Below are positions 1 to 12,755 of a stretch of 64,000 nucleotides of DNA, piece by piece. The stretch lies in assembly GCF_018350175.1 (NCBI RefSeq), contig NC_058368.1, positions 123,940,001 to 124,004,000 of the forward strand. The letters run 5' to 3'. The stretch's first letter is position 1. Each line of letters starts with the position of its first letter. The position numbers and the translations under genes are program-made. The DNA is from Felis catus. Taxonomy: Eukaryota. Below the pieces are notes generated by a model, which worked only from the letters and a program-made list of their open reading frames with translations, searched no databases and was not told the origin of the DNA.

Positions 1-3000
1 GAGCATCTTTTCATGTGCCTGTTGGCCATCTGGATGTCTTCTTGAGAGAAGTGTCTATTCATGTTTTCTGCCCATTTCTTCACTGGATTATTTGTTTTTC
101 GGGTGTGGAGTTTGGTGAGCTCTTTATAGATTTTGGATACTAGCCCTTTGTCCGATATGTCATTTGCAAATATCTTTTCCCATTCCGTTGGTTGCCTTTT
201 AGTTTTGTTGGTTGTTTCCTTTGCTGTGCAGAAGCTCTTTATCTTCATAAGGTCCCAGTAGTTCATTTTTGCTTTTAATTCTCTTGCCTTTGGGGATGTG
301 TCAAGTAAGAGATTGCTAGGGCTGAGGTCAGAGAGGTTTTTTCCTGCTTTCTCCTCTAGGGTTTTGGTGGTTTCCTGTCTCACATTCAGGTCCTTTATCC
401 ATTTTGAGTTTATTTTTGTTAATGGTATAAGAAAGTGGTCCAGGTTCATTCTTCTGCATGTTGCTGTCCAGTTCTCCCAGCACCATTTGTTAAAGAGACT
501 GTCTTTTTTCCTGCTTTGTCAAAGGTTAGTTGGCCATACATTTGTGGGTCCAGTTATGGGGTCTGTATTCTATTCCATTGGTCTATGTGTCTGTTTTTGT
601 GCCAATACCATGCTGTCTTGATGATTACAGCTTTGTAGTAGAGGCTAAAGTCTGGGATTGTGATACCTCGTGCTTTGGTCTTCTTCTTCAAAATTACTTT
701 GGCTATTCGGGGTCTTTTGTGGTTCCATATGAATTTTAGGATTGCTTGTTCTATCTTTGAGATGGATGCTGGTGCTATTTTGATTGGGATTACATGAATG
801 TGTAGATTGCTTTGGGTAGTATTGACATTTTAACAATATTTATTCTTCCAATCCATGAGCCCGGAATGTTTTTCCATTTCTTTGTACCTTCTTCAATCTC
901 CTTCATAAGCTTTCTATAGTTTTCAGCATACAGATCTTTTACATCTTTCGTTAGGTTTATTCCTAGGTATTTTATGATTCTTGATGCAATTGTGAATGGG
1001 ATCAGTTTCTTTATTTGTCTTTCTGTTGCTTCATTGTTAGTGTATAAGAATGCAACTGATTTCTGTACATTGATTTTGTATCCTGCAACTTTGCTGAATT
1101 CATGTATCAGTTGTAGCAGACTTTTGGTGGAGTCTTTTGGATTTTCCATGTATAATATCATGTCATCTGCAAAAAGTGAAAGCTTGACTTCATCTTTGCC
1201 AATTTTGATGCCCTTGATTTCCTTTTGTTGTCTGATTGCTGATGCTAACACTTCCAACACTATGTTAAACAACAGCGGTGACAGTGGGCATCCCTTTTGT
1301 GTTCCTGATCTCAGGGGGGAAAGCTCTCAGTTTTCCCCCATTGAGGATGATATTAGCTGTGGGATTTTCATAAATGGCTTTTGTGATGTTTAAGTATGTT
1401 CCTTCTATCCCGACTTTCTTGAGGGTTTTTATTAAGAAAGGATGCTGAATTTTGTCAAATACTATTTCTGCATTGATTGACAGGATCCTATAGTTCTTAT
1501 CTTTTCTTTTATTAATGTGATGTATCACATTGATTTGTGAATATTGAACCAGCCCTGCAACCTAGGAATGAATCCCACTTGATCATGGTGAATAATTCTT
1601 TTTATATGCTCTTGAATGCGATTTGCTAGTATCTTGTTGAGTATTTTTGCATCCATATTCATTAGGGATATTGGCCTATGGTTCTCTTTTTTTTGCTGGG
1701 TCTCTGTCTGGTTTGGGAATCAAACTAATTCTGGTTTCATAGAATGAGTCTGGAAGTTTTCCTTCCCTTTCTATTTTTGGAACAGCTTGAGAAGGATAGG
1801 TATTATCTCTGCTTTAAATGTCTGGTAGAACTCCCCAGGGAAGCCATCTGGTCCTGGACTCTTATTTCTTGGGAGATTTTTGATAACTGATTCAATTTCT
1901 TCACTGGTTATGGGTCTGTTCAAGTTTTCAATTTCTTCCTGTTTGAGTTTTGTAAGTGTGTGTGTGTTTAGGAATTTATCCATTTCTTTCTGGTTGTCCA
2001 GTTTGTGGCATATAATTTTTCATAGTATTCCCTGATAATTGCTTGTATTTCTGAGGGATTGGTTGTAATAATTCCATTTCCATTCATGATTTTATCTATT
2101 TGGGTCATCTCCCTTTTCTTTTTGAGAAGCCTTGCTAGCGGTTTATCACTTTTGTTTATTTTTTCAAAAAACCAACTCTTGGTTTTGTTGATCTCCTCTA
2201 CAGTTTTTTTAGATTCTGTATTGTTTATTTCTGCTCTGATCTTTATTATTTCTCTTCTTCTGCTGGGTTTGGAGTATCTTTGCTATGCTGCTTCTATTTC
2301 CTTCAGGTGTGCTGTTAGATTCTGTATTTCGGATTTTTCTTGTTTCTTGAGATAGGCCTGGGTTGCAATGTATTTTCCTCTCAGGACTGCCTTTGCTGCA
2401 CCCCAAAGCATTTGGATTGTTGTATTTTCATTTTAATTTGTTTCCATAGATTTTTTAATGTCTTCTCGAATTGCCTGGTTGACCCATTCATTCTTTAGTA
2501 GGGTGTTCTTTAACCTCCATGCTTTTGGAATTTTTCCAGACTTTTTCCTGGCTGATTTAAAGTTTCATAGCATTGTGGTCTGAAAGTGTGCATGGTATGA
2601 TCTCAATTCTTTTATACTTGTTAAGGCCTGTTTTGTGACCCAGTATGTGATCTATCTTGGAGAATGTTCCATATGCACTTGAGAACAAAGTATATTCTGT
2701 CACTTTGGGATGCAGAGTTCTAAATATATCTGTCAAGTCCATCTGATGCAATATATCATTCAGGCCCCTTGTTTCTTTATTGATCCTGTGTCTAGATGAT
2801 CTGTCCATTGTTGTAAGTGGAATATTAAAGTCTCTTGCAATTACCACATTCTTATCAATAAGATTGCTTATGTTTGTGACTAAATGTTTCATATATTTTG
2901 GGGCTTCGAATTTGGTGCATAAACATTTATAATTGTTAGCTCATCCTGATGGATTGACCCTGTAATTATTATATAATGCCCTTCTTCATCTCTTGTTACA

Positions 3001-5880
3001 GCCTTTAATTTAAAGTCTAGTTTGTCTAAGTATGGTTACTCCAGCTTTCTTCTGACTTCCAGTAGCATGATAGATAGTTCTCCATCCCCTCACTTTCAAT
3101 CTGAAGGTGTCCTCAGGTCTAAAATGAGTCTCTTGTAGATAGCAAATAGATGGGTCTTGTTTTTATCAATTCTGATACCTTATGTCTTTTGGTTGGAGCA
3201 TTTAGTCCATTTACATTCAGTGTTATTATTGAAAGATACGGGTTTAGAATCATGGTGATGTCTGTAGGTTTCATTCTTGTAGTGGTGTCTCTGGTACTTT
3301 GTGGTCCTTGCAACATTTCACTCACAGAATCCCCCTTAGGATCTCTTGTAGGGCTGGTTTAGTGATGATGAATTCCTTCAGTTTTTGTTTGTTTGGGAAA
3401 ACCTTTATCTCTCCTTCTATTCTGAATGACAGACTTGCTAGGTAAAGGATTCTCAGCTGCATATTTTTTCTGTTCATCACATTGAAGAATCCTGCCATTC
3501 CTTCCTGGCTTGCCAAGTTTCAGTAGATAGGTCTGCTACTACCCTTATGAGTCTACCTTTGTATGTCAAGGCCCATTTATCCCTAGCTGTTTTCAGAATT
3601 CTTTCTTTATTCTTGTATTTTGCTGGGTTCACTGTGATATGTTGTGGAGAAGATCGATTCAAGTTATGTCTAAAGGGAGTTCTCTGTTCCTCTTGGATGT
3701 CAATGCCTGTTTCCTTCCCCAGATCAGGGAAGTTCTCAGCTATGATTTGTTCAAGTACATCTTCAGCCCCTTTCTCTGTCTCTTCTTCTTCTGGAATTCC
3801 TATGGTACGGATATTGTTCTGTTTGATTGCATCACTTAGTTCTCTAATTCTCCCCTTGTACTCCTGGATTTTTTTATTTCTCTTTTTCTCAGCTTCCTCT
3901 TTTTCCATAATTTTATCTTCTAATTCACCTATTGTCTCCTCTGCCTCTTCAATCTGTGCTGTGGCTGCCTTCATTTTATTTTGCACCTCATTTATAGCAT
4001 TTTTTAATTCATCACTATTTTTTAGTCCCTTGATCTCTGTAGCAATAGATTCTCTGCTGTCCGTTTTGCTTTTTTCAAGCCCAGTGATTAATTTTATGAC
4101 TATTATTCTAAATTATTGTTCCATTATATTGCTTAAATCGGTTTTGATCAATTCATTAGCTGTCGCTACTTCCTGGAATTTCTTTGGAGGAGAATTCTTC
4201 CGTTTCATCATTTTGGCTAGTTTTCTGTCCCTTGTGCATTTTAAAAGCTTGTTGTGTGCTCTGCACCTGCAAGCACTGCTATATTAGAGGAGGGTCATAC
4301 ACTGTCCAGGGCCTGGCCCTTCAGGAGGTGTTTTTTTGGAGATGGTTACTTGCTCTCTGTTGTTGTGACTTTGGTTAGTTTATTACCCTACTCGTAGTAA
4401 TATTTTGGACCCTCCACCAGGTGTGCTTTGATTTGTTCCTTGGAGTAGCCCTGTAAAGGAAAACCTATAGACAAACAGGAGACAAAAACACACAAACACA
4501 CAAACAAATAACACAAACAAATAAACAAAAACAGAAAACTAAAGACTAAAAACAAAAAACCCATAAACATCGACTACAAGTAAAGAAGAGGGTGGAGGCG
4601 GTGCTGATGGAAGAGCACATACAGAGAGAGAAAAAATAAACATTTATTAGGCAGAGAGACTAAAAGGCTTAATCCAGAGAGAGAGAAAGAAAAATAAAGA
4701 CAGAGGTGGGGAAAATGGAATGAAGATAAAGTTACCCAGACAGAGAAACTATATGGGTTGATTATTCCAGAGAGAGAGAAAGGATTATAAAGAAGGAGGT
4801 ATAACCAGCCTAGGGGAGGGAAGAGATAAGGAGGAGAAATGGGGGGCAGGGAGAATATATCTATATATCCAGAATTGACCTAGAGTTAATCTAGGCAATG
4901 CTGCATAGCATGTCGGGAGTAGCTGTCCGCAGGGTCTGTGCTGCTCCAGTGGATACGCAGTTACCCAGCGCAAACGGGCGTGGTTTGGCGTAATCCGGAC
5001 ACACTTCCTCTATGGGCCTCAGGGTGTACTCACTATGCCGCGGAAGCAGACAGGGCGGTCCTTCTCTCTCCACCAACTTCCCTGACCGGCGCTTGGCTAG
5101 GATTCAAAGTCCTGCTCCCTGTGCTCTGGCACTGGGGAAGTGCCTCTCAGTGTGGTGATATGTGATCTGGACTGGTCTTGTCTGTGCTGCCGCACTTCAG
5201 GGAGGACACCAGTCTGTTTGCTGCAGGTCTCCTACTGCATACTGAGAGCCACCGCCCTTGTAGTGAGTCCCGGGGTGGCAGACACAGGCAGGCTTTGACT
5301 TTTCCCATAGCACTCCAGGGAAACAGCTGCCTTTTCCTCCTGCAGACTGCGCCCTTAGCCCAGCCACTGCGCCCTGGGGTGGCAGACGCAGGCAGGTTCT
5401 GTACTAATGTGCAGCCCTCCAGGGAAGGAACCACTTTCTCCAACTACGGACTGAGCCCCTGACCTACCACCCCACCCAGGGCTGGCTCCCCTCCTCCCCA
5501 TGTGCGTGAAAAGGGAGCCAGCTCCAGTCCAAAGAAAGCCCTGCAGTTAGAGATTGGATCCCTCTCAGTCTCAGTCTGAGGTCTTTCTCCTGTCCAGCTA
5601 TGGTCCTACACTTCCCTAGCTGCCCTTTCTCTTCCCTTTGTCTCTCCACAGAAGGGGGTCACTCCCCTCCGTGCCCATGTGACCTTTTTTTTTTTTTTAT
5701 CTCCCCCAGTTTGCAGTTACCCACCTATCTTTTTCCCAGCTTTCCCATTTTCTTCCTAGTAGATTCAGTTTGTTTTCCTCCCAGGCTCTGGTGTTCAAAG
5801 TCCTTTGGCTTCTGCATTTCTTTGTTTGAGAGATGTGGGAAGTATGGATTTCCCCTACTTCTCAGCCAGGTTAGCCAACT
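1..5880 (-). mobile_element. Older felid LINE-1 (L1-U), 3' end beyond the left edge; decayed ORF1 (~4211-3322) and ORF2 (from ~3253), long distinct 5'UTR (~4212-5880)
   Basis: Minus-strand ORF fragments carry FADD (790-1272), SPGPDG (1771-1983), SKIDH/SDHN (2557-2892) and ORF1 pieces (3322-3986). Many stops and indels. Degenerate YY1-like terminus near 5861-5876. Confidence 0.93.
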
Positions 5881-5989
5881 CTGGTTTTATTGTTTTTACA
5901 TTTGAATTTCTTATCCTGTTATATCGTATGAAGAACAGATCCAATTTCATATCTTTCTATATGGTTATCCAGTTATATTAAGAAAATTT

Positions 5990-6200
5990 TTGTAAAGAAG
6001 TAGTCAACAGTGTCAAAGACTAATAAAAGACCTGTTAAGTTAAGAATTGAAAACTGTCCGTCAGTTTTAGAAACAAGGAGGTCAGTGTTGCTATTGACCT
6101 TGGCAATATTGGTAAAGCAATGGGGTAAAAGCCAGAATCCAATGGGTTCAGGAATGAAAGGCGGGGAAGTAGAAAAATCAAGTACAGACAATTACTGTAG
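5990..6200. mobile_element. L2-like remnant
   Basis: Purine-rich degenerate sequence resembling L2 (ttgaccttggcaa...aagccagaatccaatgggttcagga); recognised by eye only. Confidence 0.4.
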
Positions 6201-6717
6201 GTCCTGAATTAATAAAGTCTTTTCATTAGGCATCATATAAAAGATTCACAATTCTAAAACATAGATTTCAGGGAAAAATATTTTCAGTAAAATCTTTTTG
6301 TAAGTCAGTGACCAAGTAGGACAACAGAAACCATTACAAATATGTAAATAGAAGGAATTAGAAAATTGTACCTTATGTGGATGTATGCAGCTCTGCAATG
6401 CATGGCGTGGTAAGTAGTATGTAGGCTGAGGTCAGCTCCTTCTTGCCTCTTGGCTTGGGGCCTTTGTGTAGGGCCTAATCATCTCAACTGTAGCTGGTTA
6501 GCCCCATTTTACAGACAGAGTGATTAAATAACTTGCCCAAGTTCACATAGTTATTAAATGGACAAGTAGAAATTATCAATAGTGACTTCATAGTCAACTG
6601 CTATTAATTTCTTCCTCCCTGCTTGAAAGCTCAAAGTCTTTAGTCTTAGTAGGGGTAGGTAGAAAGAGATTTATCCCTGATCGAGTTTCATTGATTGGAC
6701 CTGGTCACTACTTCTCT

Positions 6718-6787
6718 CTCTTTTTTTAAAATATAATTTATTGTCAAATTAGCTTCTGTACAACACTCAGTGCTCATCTCACAAGTT
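6718..6787 (-). mobile_element. Extremely 5'-truncated L1 (terminal 3'UTR plus tail, ~70 bp)
   Basis: tttattgtcaaatt...caacactcagtgctcatc matches the L1 3' ends elsewhere in the window. TSD gtcactacttctct at 6704-6717 and 6788-6801. Confidence 0.8.
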
Positions 6788-8369
6788 GTCACTACTTCTC
6801 TTGAGGTGAAATACTTCTCTCTTTTATATCAAGGAAGATTTACAGTGATGACATTCACAAATTGTGTTTCCTTTGCCATTTGGGATACAGAAAAGCCAAC
6901 TTTCTTTGTTAAGTACAGCTAACATCTAGTGGGAATGGAAAGGGCTAGACTTTGGTAATACTATGCTTTCCTCGCAACTGTTTACCAACTTCCATTATTC
7001 ACTGGTGAAACACTGTTTTGCAGTGAAGGGCCAAGAAGACCCTTTTGTCTTAGGAAGGATTGCACAAGGTACACAGTATTTGGCTTGTATTATTCACTCA
7101 CTTTTAGCTCTCATTAAATACACTTGTAAAACTACTTAGGGACTACTGGTATGTCATCTAGGAGGTCTGGTTGATTGCAGTCAGGAACTTTCAGGAATGC
7201 TATTTAAATGAGACTGGTTTCTAAACCAGAATCTCAAAATGTATTCATTCGTAATGGGGAGCAATTAAGGCTTATATGTCTTATCCACTGCACCTCCTTT
7301 CTTAGTATTGAAATACTAAGGGGAAGTTGAACTATTATTTAGGAAGTTGCTAAGTGAGCATAGAATCAGAACAGGTTAAGATGAAATATATTTACCTCAC
7401 AATAGAGAAAATCTGTCTAGTTACCAGTCCCCATATCCAAAGTCTTTCCCATTTGCACCAATGTTTCCCAAACTTCAGTCCTTTGAATACCACCTTCATG
7501 ATTTTTGCTGTTCCTGCATACCATTTATATTTACTTTTTCTTTAATTGAATAAACTTTTTTGAACTTAACTATTTAGTGTCATTCTAAGCAATTATAGTT
7601 CTGAAATCCTGGGTTTGTTATGATTCTTAGTTATCTAAAATATTAAAATAAATATTACTTTAAAATGAAAATTGTCTATGAATTGCCTAAAATCAGTGGT
7701 ATGTGTACCACACATTGGTAAATAGTCCCTTAATCATAGAGATTTTTGATAGAGAAAAATAGAGATTTTCATGTCTTTGAACTCTGCTGGGGTATGCTGA
7801 AAACCCCTCTTTGGTGACTTTTTTCCTTAGATGTGTTACTAGCACCATAGTATCTTGGAGACTCTATAAACCTCCCCCCCCCCCCCATATATTTTGTGTT
7901 GATTTACAGAGTTCCAATCATAACATTCATTAAAAAAAATCTTTTTTATGGTTATGTGCATAGTAAGAGATTCTCAAGTATTCTTAATACCTATGAATGA
8001 ACATCTATTCTCCCCCATTTGAGGTGACCAATTTTTAGCCTACTGGAAGATTAAAAGAAAAATTTAACAGTCTTGACATGATATTAGGCACAGTTTACAT
8101 CAATTGAAAAATCATTATTTGAGTAATGTGGAGATAATATTGAAAACATAAAAAGTCTAAGATATCAATTCTCTTTATCTACATTACTTTGGAAAATGTA
8201 ATGCCTCTTTCTGAAGTGTAAAGGATCTTAACTGCAAACTTTGATTCTAAACTATGAAACATTTTTGAGGAAACTCATCCTACCTTATTATATGGGATGT
8301 ACAGAATTTGGATAAACTCTATATAAACTTTACAGTGAATCTTCTATGACAGAAATCTTAAGATTTTAG

Positions 8370-8474
8370 ATTTTTTTAAGTCCAAAGCGGGGCTTGAACT
8401 CATGATTCTGAGATCAAGACCTGAGCTGAGATTAAGAGTTGGATGCCCAATCAACTGAGCTACACAGGCACTCC
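8370..8474 (-). mobile_element. Short older CanSINE
   Basis: gagatcaagacctgagctgagattaagagttggatg...ctgagctacacaggcactccc; flanking aaatcttaag repeat. Confidence 0.75.
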
Positions 8475-8702
8475 CACAAATCTTAAGGTTTTATATTCCA
8501 TTAGCCATGCCATTCTCTTCCCTAGACTTCTTGAGAAATTGGCTAATTTTATTTGTAGCACTTAGCATAATACCTGGCACACACTAAGTATTCAGTTAAA
8601 GCCTATTTAATCACTAAATGAATTCCTGCATTTTCCCTATGTTGCAATTTATTACCATCACTAATTTAAGATTTGTCAGAGAGAACCTGAATATAAAACA
8701 TA

Positions 8703-9171
8703 CAGGTCTCCTCCACTATTTGAAAGTGCAGTGTTCTTATGAAACCTTTCATAAGTCACAATGGTGTCAAATGAAGAAACAATTACCATTAATTTATATG
8801 AAAAAGTTTTTGAGACTTCTCAGACCAAATATATGACCTCTCTTAGACTTTTCTGATACTTGAGGACACATCTTGCTAACAGATACCAAAACAAATTGAG
8901 ATGCTCATAGACACACTTCAAAGCTATAGTGGCTTGATGCTGACATGCTTAGTTCTTGGGGAAGGAGCTTAGTGTCACTCGCTGCTCCAGGTCATGCTAC
9001 TTCTATAAGGCATCACTGCAGAAAAACACTGAATGCTATTTTTGCTTTTGCCTTTTTGTAAAAGCAGAAATCCTCCTTGGATTTTTCTGTTAGTGAAAAA
9101 AGGCTCTAATGTAAGTCTTTTATAAAAGCAAAGTGGCAGAACATGAGCTTTCAAAACATGGGAGATACCCA
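8703..9171. mobile_element. Non-autonomous TcMar/Tigger-like DNA transposon
   Basis: TA on both sides and imperfect terminal inverted repeats (caggtctcctccactatttgaaag versus ctttcaaaacatgggagataccca). Confidence 0.6.
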
Positions 9172-9474
9172 TACTGGCTTTACTTTCTTGGCACACACAT
9201 CACAGAGCAAGTATTTACTTAATTGTGTTTGTCTTTTTTTCACTGTTTCTGTTCAGTTTTTGAATTATATTATTTTCATCCATTGCTTATTTTTTCTTTC
9301 CTTAATATTAAACTTTAGTTTTCATTATAATTTACTTTTTCTTAACCAAAGCTAGCTCTCAAAAATTATATAGAATGTTTCACATAGAAGTGTTTCATTG
9401 CAATACCTGAAAGCAATAACAATCTGTTCTAGGACTGAATGGCAGAGATTGTTGACTAAGTGTTTTCTTTAACC

Positions 9475-10112
9475 CAGAGAAAATGAAAACACTAATTCAT
9501 AAAGATGTATGCACCTCTCTGTTTATTGCAGCATTATTAAAGTAGCCAAGATATGGAAACAACCTAAGTGTCCAATGATAGACAAATGGATAAGAAAGAT
9601 ATGGTATAGATGCACAATGGAATATTACCTAGCTACGAAAAAGGATGAGATTGTGGCATCTGACCCAACATGGATAGACCTAGATAGTATTATGGTAAGT
9701 GAAATAAGTCAGATTTAGAAAGACAAATATCGTATTGGTCTTTATATGTCATCTACATGTCATCTACATTTGATTTCAGTCTTATGTAGACTCTAAAAAG
9801 AAAAAAAAAGTAATATCAGATCTATAAATACAGAGAACAAACTGATGGTTGCCATAAAGGAAGGGGTTAGGGAGATGAGCCAAAGGGGTAAAAGGGAATG
9901 GGCTATAACAGGTTTCCAGCTATGGAATGAATAAGTCACAGGAATTAAAGGCACAGGATAAGGAATATAGTCAATGATATAGTAATAGGGACCTATGGTG
10001 ACAGAGAATAGCTATGTGGTGAACATAGCGTAATGTATATACTTGTTGAATTACTATGCTGTACATCTGAAACTAATGTAACAGTGTGTGTCAACAACAT
10101 ACAAATTTTAAA
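9475..10112 (+). mobile_element. Older 5'-truncated L1 3' end (ORF2 C-terminus plus 3'UTR)
   Basis: ORF 9509-9718 resembles the ORF2 C-terminus (AKIWKQPKCP...WIRKIW..TMEYY); typical 3'UTR; degenerate ttttctttaac flanks. Confidence 0.8.
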
Positions 10113-10435
10113 AAGTTATTTTCTTTAACTCTGTTCTGAAAAAAATTATTTTAGAAAATATGTCCAAGTTTTCTATATGTAAAACAGAATCTACTTGGTT
10201 ATCGTTCATCTACACAATTTAATACCTTACTCTTTTCACTTAATATTTTCTCATGACACAAAAAGTTTTGAAAGAATAACATTCAATTCAAAGTGAGTTA
10301 AAATACCTCAAGGACCCCTGTTTACAGATTCAGAATGCCAGGAGTATTGTTGGCTGCCCATACACGCGCAGCAATTTAAGGTACTTGCCTCTTAAAGGGC
10401 ATGGTGTGAAAATCTAGTTTAAAATAGAAATTGTT

Positions 10436-10618
10436 GGGGTGCCTGAGTGGCTCAGTTGTTTAAGTGTCTGACTCTTGGTTTCTGCTCAGGTCATGATCTC
10501 GTGGTTGTGAGATCAAGCACTGAGTCAGGCTCCATGCTGAGTGTGGAGCTTGCTTGGGATTTTCTCTCTCCTCTCTCTGCCCTCCCCCTCTCAAAATAAA
10601 TAAATAAACATAAAAAAA
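10436..10618 (+). mobile_element. CanSINE
   Basis: ggggtgcctgagtggctcag head, CT tract, aataaataaa tail, degenerate TSD aaatagaaattgtt/aaatagagattatt. Confidence 0.9.
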
Positions 10619-10679
10619 TAGAGATTATTAAAAATGACAGTTAAAATATATTCTGGCTTGATCTTTGTGCTTTGTGTTT

Positions 10680-10804
10680 TGAAGCAGGCTCCAGGCTCTG
10701 AGCTGTCAGCACAGAGCCTGATATGAGTCTCAAACCCAGAAACCATGAGATCATGACCTGTGCTGAAGCCGGATGCTTAACTGACTGAGCCACCCAGGTG
10801 CCCC
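10680..10804 (-). mobile_element. Partial CanSINE
   Basis: gaagcaggctccaggctctgagctg...gagccacccaggtgcccc; flanked by tgatctttgt. Confidence 0.85.
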
Positions 10805-11649
10805 TGATCTTTGTTAACAGTAATCTTTTAAAAACAATTCACGTTGAAAATAGTGCTAACTAGATAAATAATGACATATTCTTGATGAAGACACAGAAAC
10901 AATAATGGTGGTTCTAAAGATGAAAGAAGTTCAACCCGCAAAGTGCCTAATCCTCTATGCCCGAGTGTCAGACTATCACGAAAATAAAAAATGGAAACAA
11001 TACTTCTAAAGCAGTTGGTTGTTATACTTTTTGGTTGAAGGGAAAATATTGAGAAATTTCCTTTATTTTTTTGTGAGGCAAAACAAGAATATCTGATTGG
11101 TCAGAGCATTAAGCATGGGAATGATCCTTGGTCACTCTTAGGTTTGGCTAGTACCCCTAGGGATACGAATTGGTGGGCCACAAATCCAAGCCTTGATGAA
11201 TGAACCTATCCAGCACAATTTCCTTCCTTCTGCATCAGAGGGCATATCTCTTTCCTGAAGAGAAGCACCTTCAACTCTATAGGAAAGGATAACTTTTTTT
11301 TTTTTTTTTTTTACAGCATCCTGGATGAGGCAGGACAGAGCCTCATCCTAGCTGTCATGGGGAGGAAACTGAAACGTGCCAGTTCCACAGTCCTTAGCCA
11401 CATGCCGAGGCAGCAGGAATCCCCAGTTGTGAAGCAAGCACCTCAGAAATAAAGAACCGAAGGACCAACGGCCAGGGACTACAGCAAGAAAACAGGAAGA
11501 TCAAGTCAAAGAGGTTGCAGGCAGGGCATTACTCATCTTCCCTTTTATTTTTGGTATTATAAAAAGGGGGGTGGACATATTTGGTATTATAAAAAGGGGC
11601 TGTGCATCTTTGGCTTGCACAGAGAAAATCTAGGGCATCTCCACATTGA

Positions 11650-12080
11650 GGACCACCCCCGCCCCAAGAATCTAGAGACAAGTGGCTCACAGCCAGCCTT
11701 ATACCCCCAGGCCTAACGGGCCACTGTGTGAAGAAGAGAGCGGGTCTGGCTTTAGTGACCTCAAATGCGAGCAAATAGGGAACGCACGGCTGGAGATGGG
11801 GCGGGGCAACGCCGGTGGTCTGAGCGCTGATTGGCTGGAGGCACTCGTCGCCTGGTGCCATTTGTTGTTGAAGCTGCGCACCTGACGCAGTCAGCAGCGT
11901 CCTGCACGTGCAGCCGTTTAAGCGGCGTCGCCGCCTGAGAGGACCCCGGGAGAGCAAGCAGCGGAGAGGTGAGTGGCCTGGCGACTTTCTTCCTGGCGCG
12001 GGTCTCTGCTGGCCCCTGTGGGTTTCCCGGTAGTGGGAGTTTAGGCTAGATGAAGAACGGATGGGGCAGGTGGGCGTTGG
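11650..12080 (+). promoter_or_regulatory. DDX4: DDX4 CpG-rich promoter: GC box 11798-11806, inverted CCAAT 11830-11834, CRE-like TGACGCA 11883-11889, E-box CACGTG 11905-11910, MYB-like TAACGG 11714-11719
   Basis: The only non-repeat CpG-rich segment in the window, directly upstream of the exon 1 donor; motifs read directly. Confidence 0.8.
11900..11968 (+). other. DDX4: DDX4 non-coding exon 1 (5' end approximate)
   Basis: Strong donor GAG|gtgagt at 11968/11969 inside the CpG-rich region, about 770 nt before the ATG exon. Confidence 0.7.
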
Positions 12081-12755
12081 AGCCGTCCTTTGGGGCTTTT
12101 TCTTTACTTGCCAGTGTAGGTCTTAAAGCTCGGCTGACGCCTGTAGGGCGAAGAGGCCTGTAGAGGAGGTAAAGAAGCATCTTTGCCCAGCTTGTGTGTG
12201 GCGTTTTATCCGAACAAGAGGGGCTGTAGTATCATTTGTGTACAAATGCCCCTTAGAGTAACTAGTTGTCCATTGTTGAAAGGATTTGGGCCGCCTAACT
12301 CGTGACCCCTACCCCGCCAAGCTTGAAGGCCTTGGTCCTGGTTCCCTCTCTCCCAGTAAACTATCAAAACCTACAAACCAAACATCTTTACTTTTGAAGG
12401 GAGGTGTGCAAAGAGAGAAACATTGAGTAGTAATTGAGAAATTTCCCTTACCCTTAATATCCAGTAAGCTGTTTGGGAGACCCTTGAAAGGAGAGGATAA
12501 AGTCAGTAAACAGATTTTGGAGAAAGGCCCAGTAGGGACATTGTGGTTGCAAGAGTGGTTAAGTAGTTCAACTCATTTTTAAAGATAAAAAATAAGGGGA
12601 TCTTTGGGGAAGATCAGCAGCTAGTTCAGTAGTTTTGGGAGGTGTATGTGAAATTGTGACAGTTCATGTTGTTAAGTATATGATTCTGATCTAATAGAGG
12701 CCAAATGTACGTTTTTTTAAAAAAAATTTAGGTAAAAATAGAACTGGAAGCCACC

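Noticed and set aside
11295..11316. PolyT-acag strong-looking acceptor upstream of the promoter
   Set aside because: No supporting donor, upstream exon or coding similarity seen.
11529..11957. 142-aa minus-strand ORF over the promoter
   Set aside because: Non-ATG start, GC-rich chance ORF, no recognisable homology; its internal repeat just reflects the 30-bp duplication.
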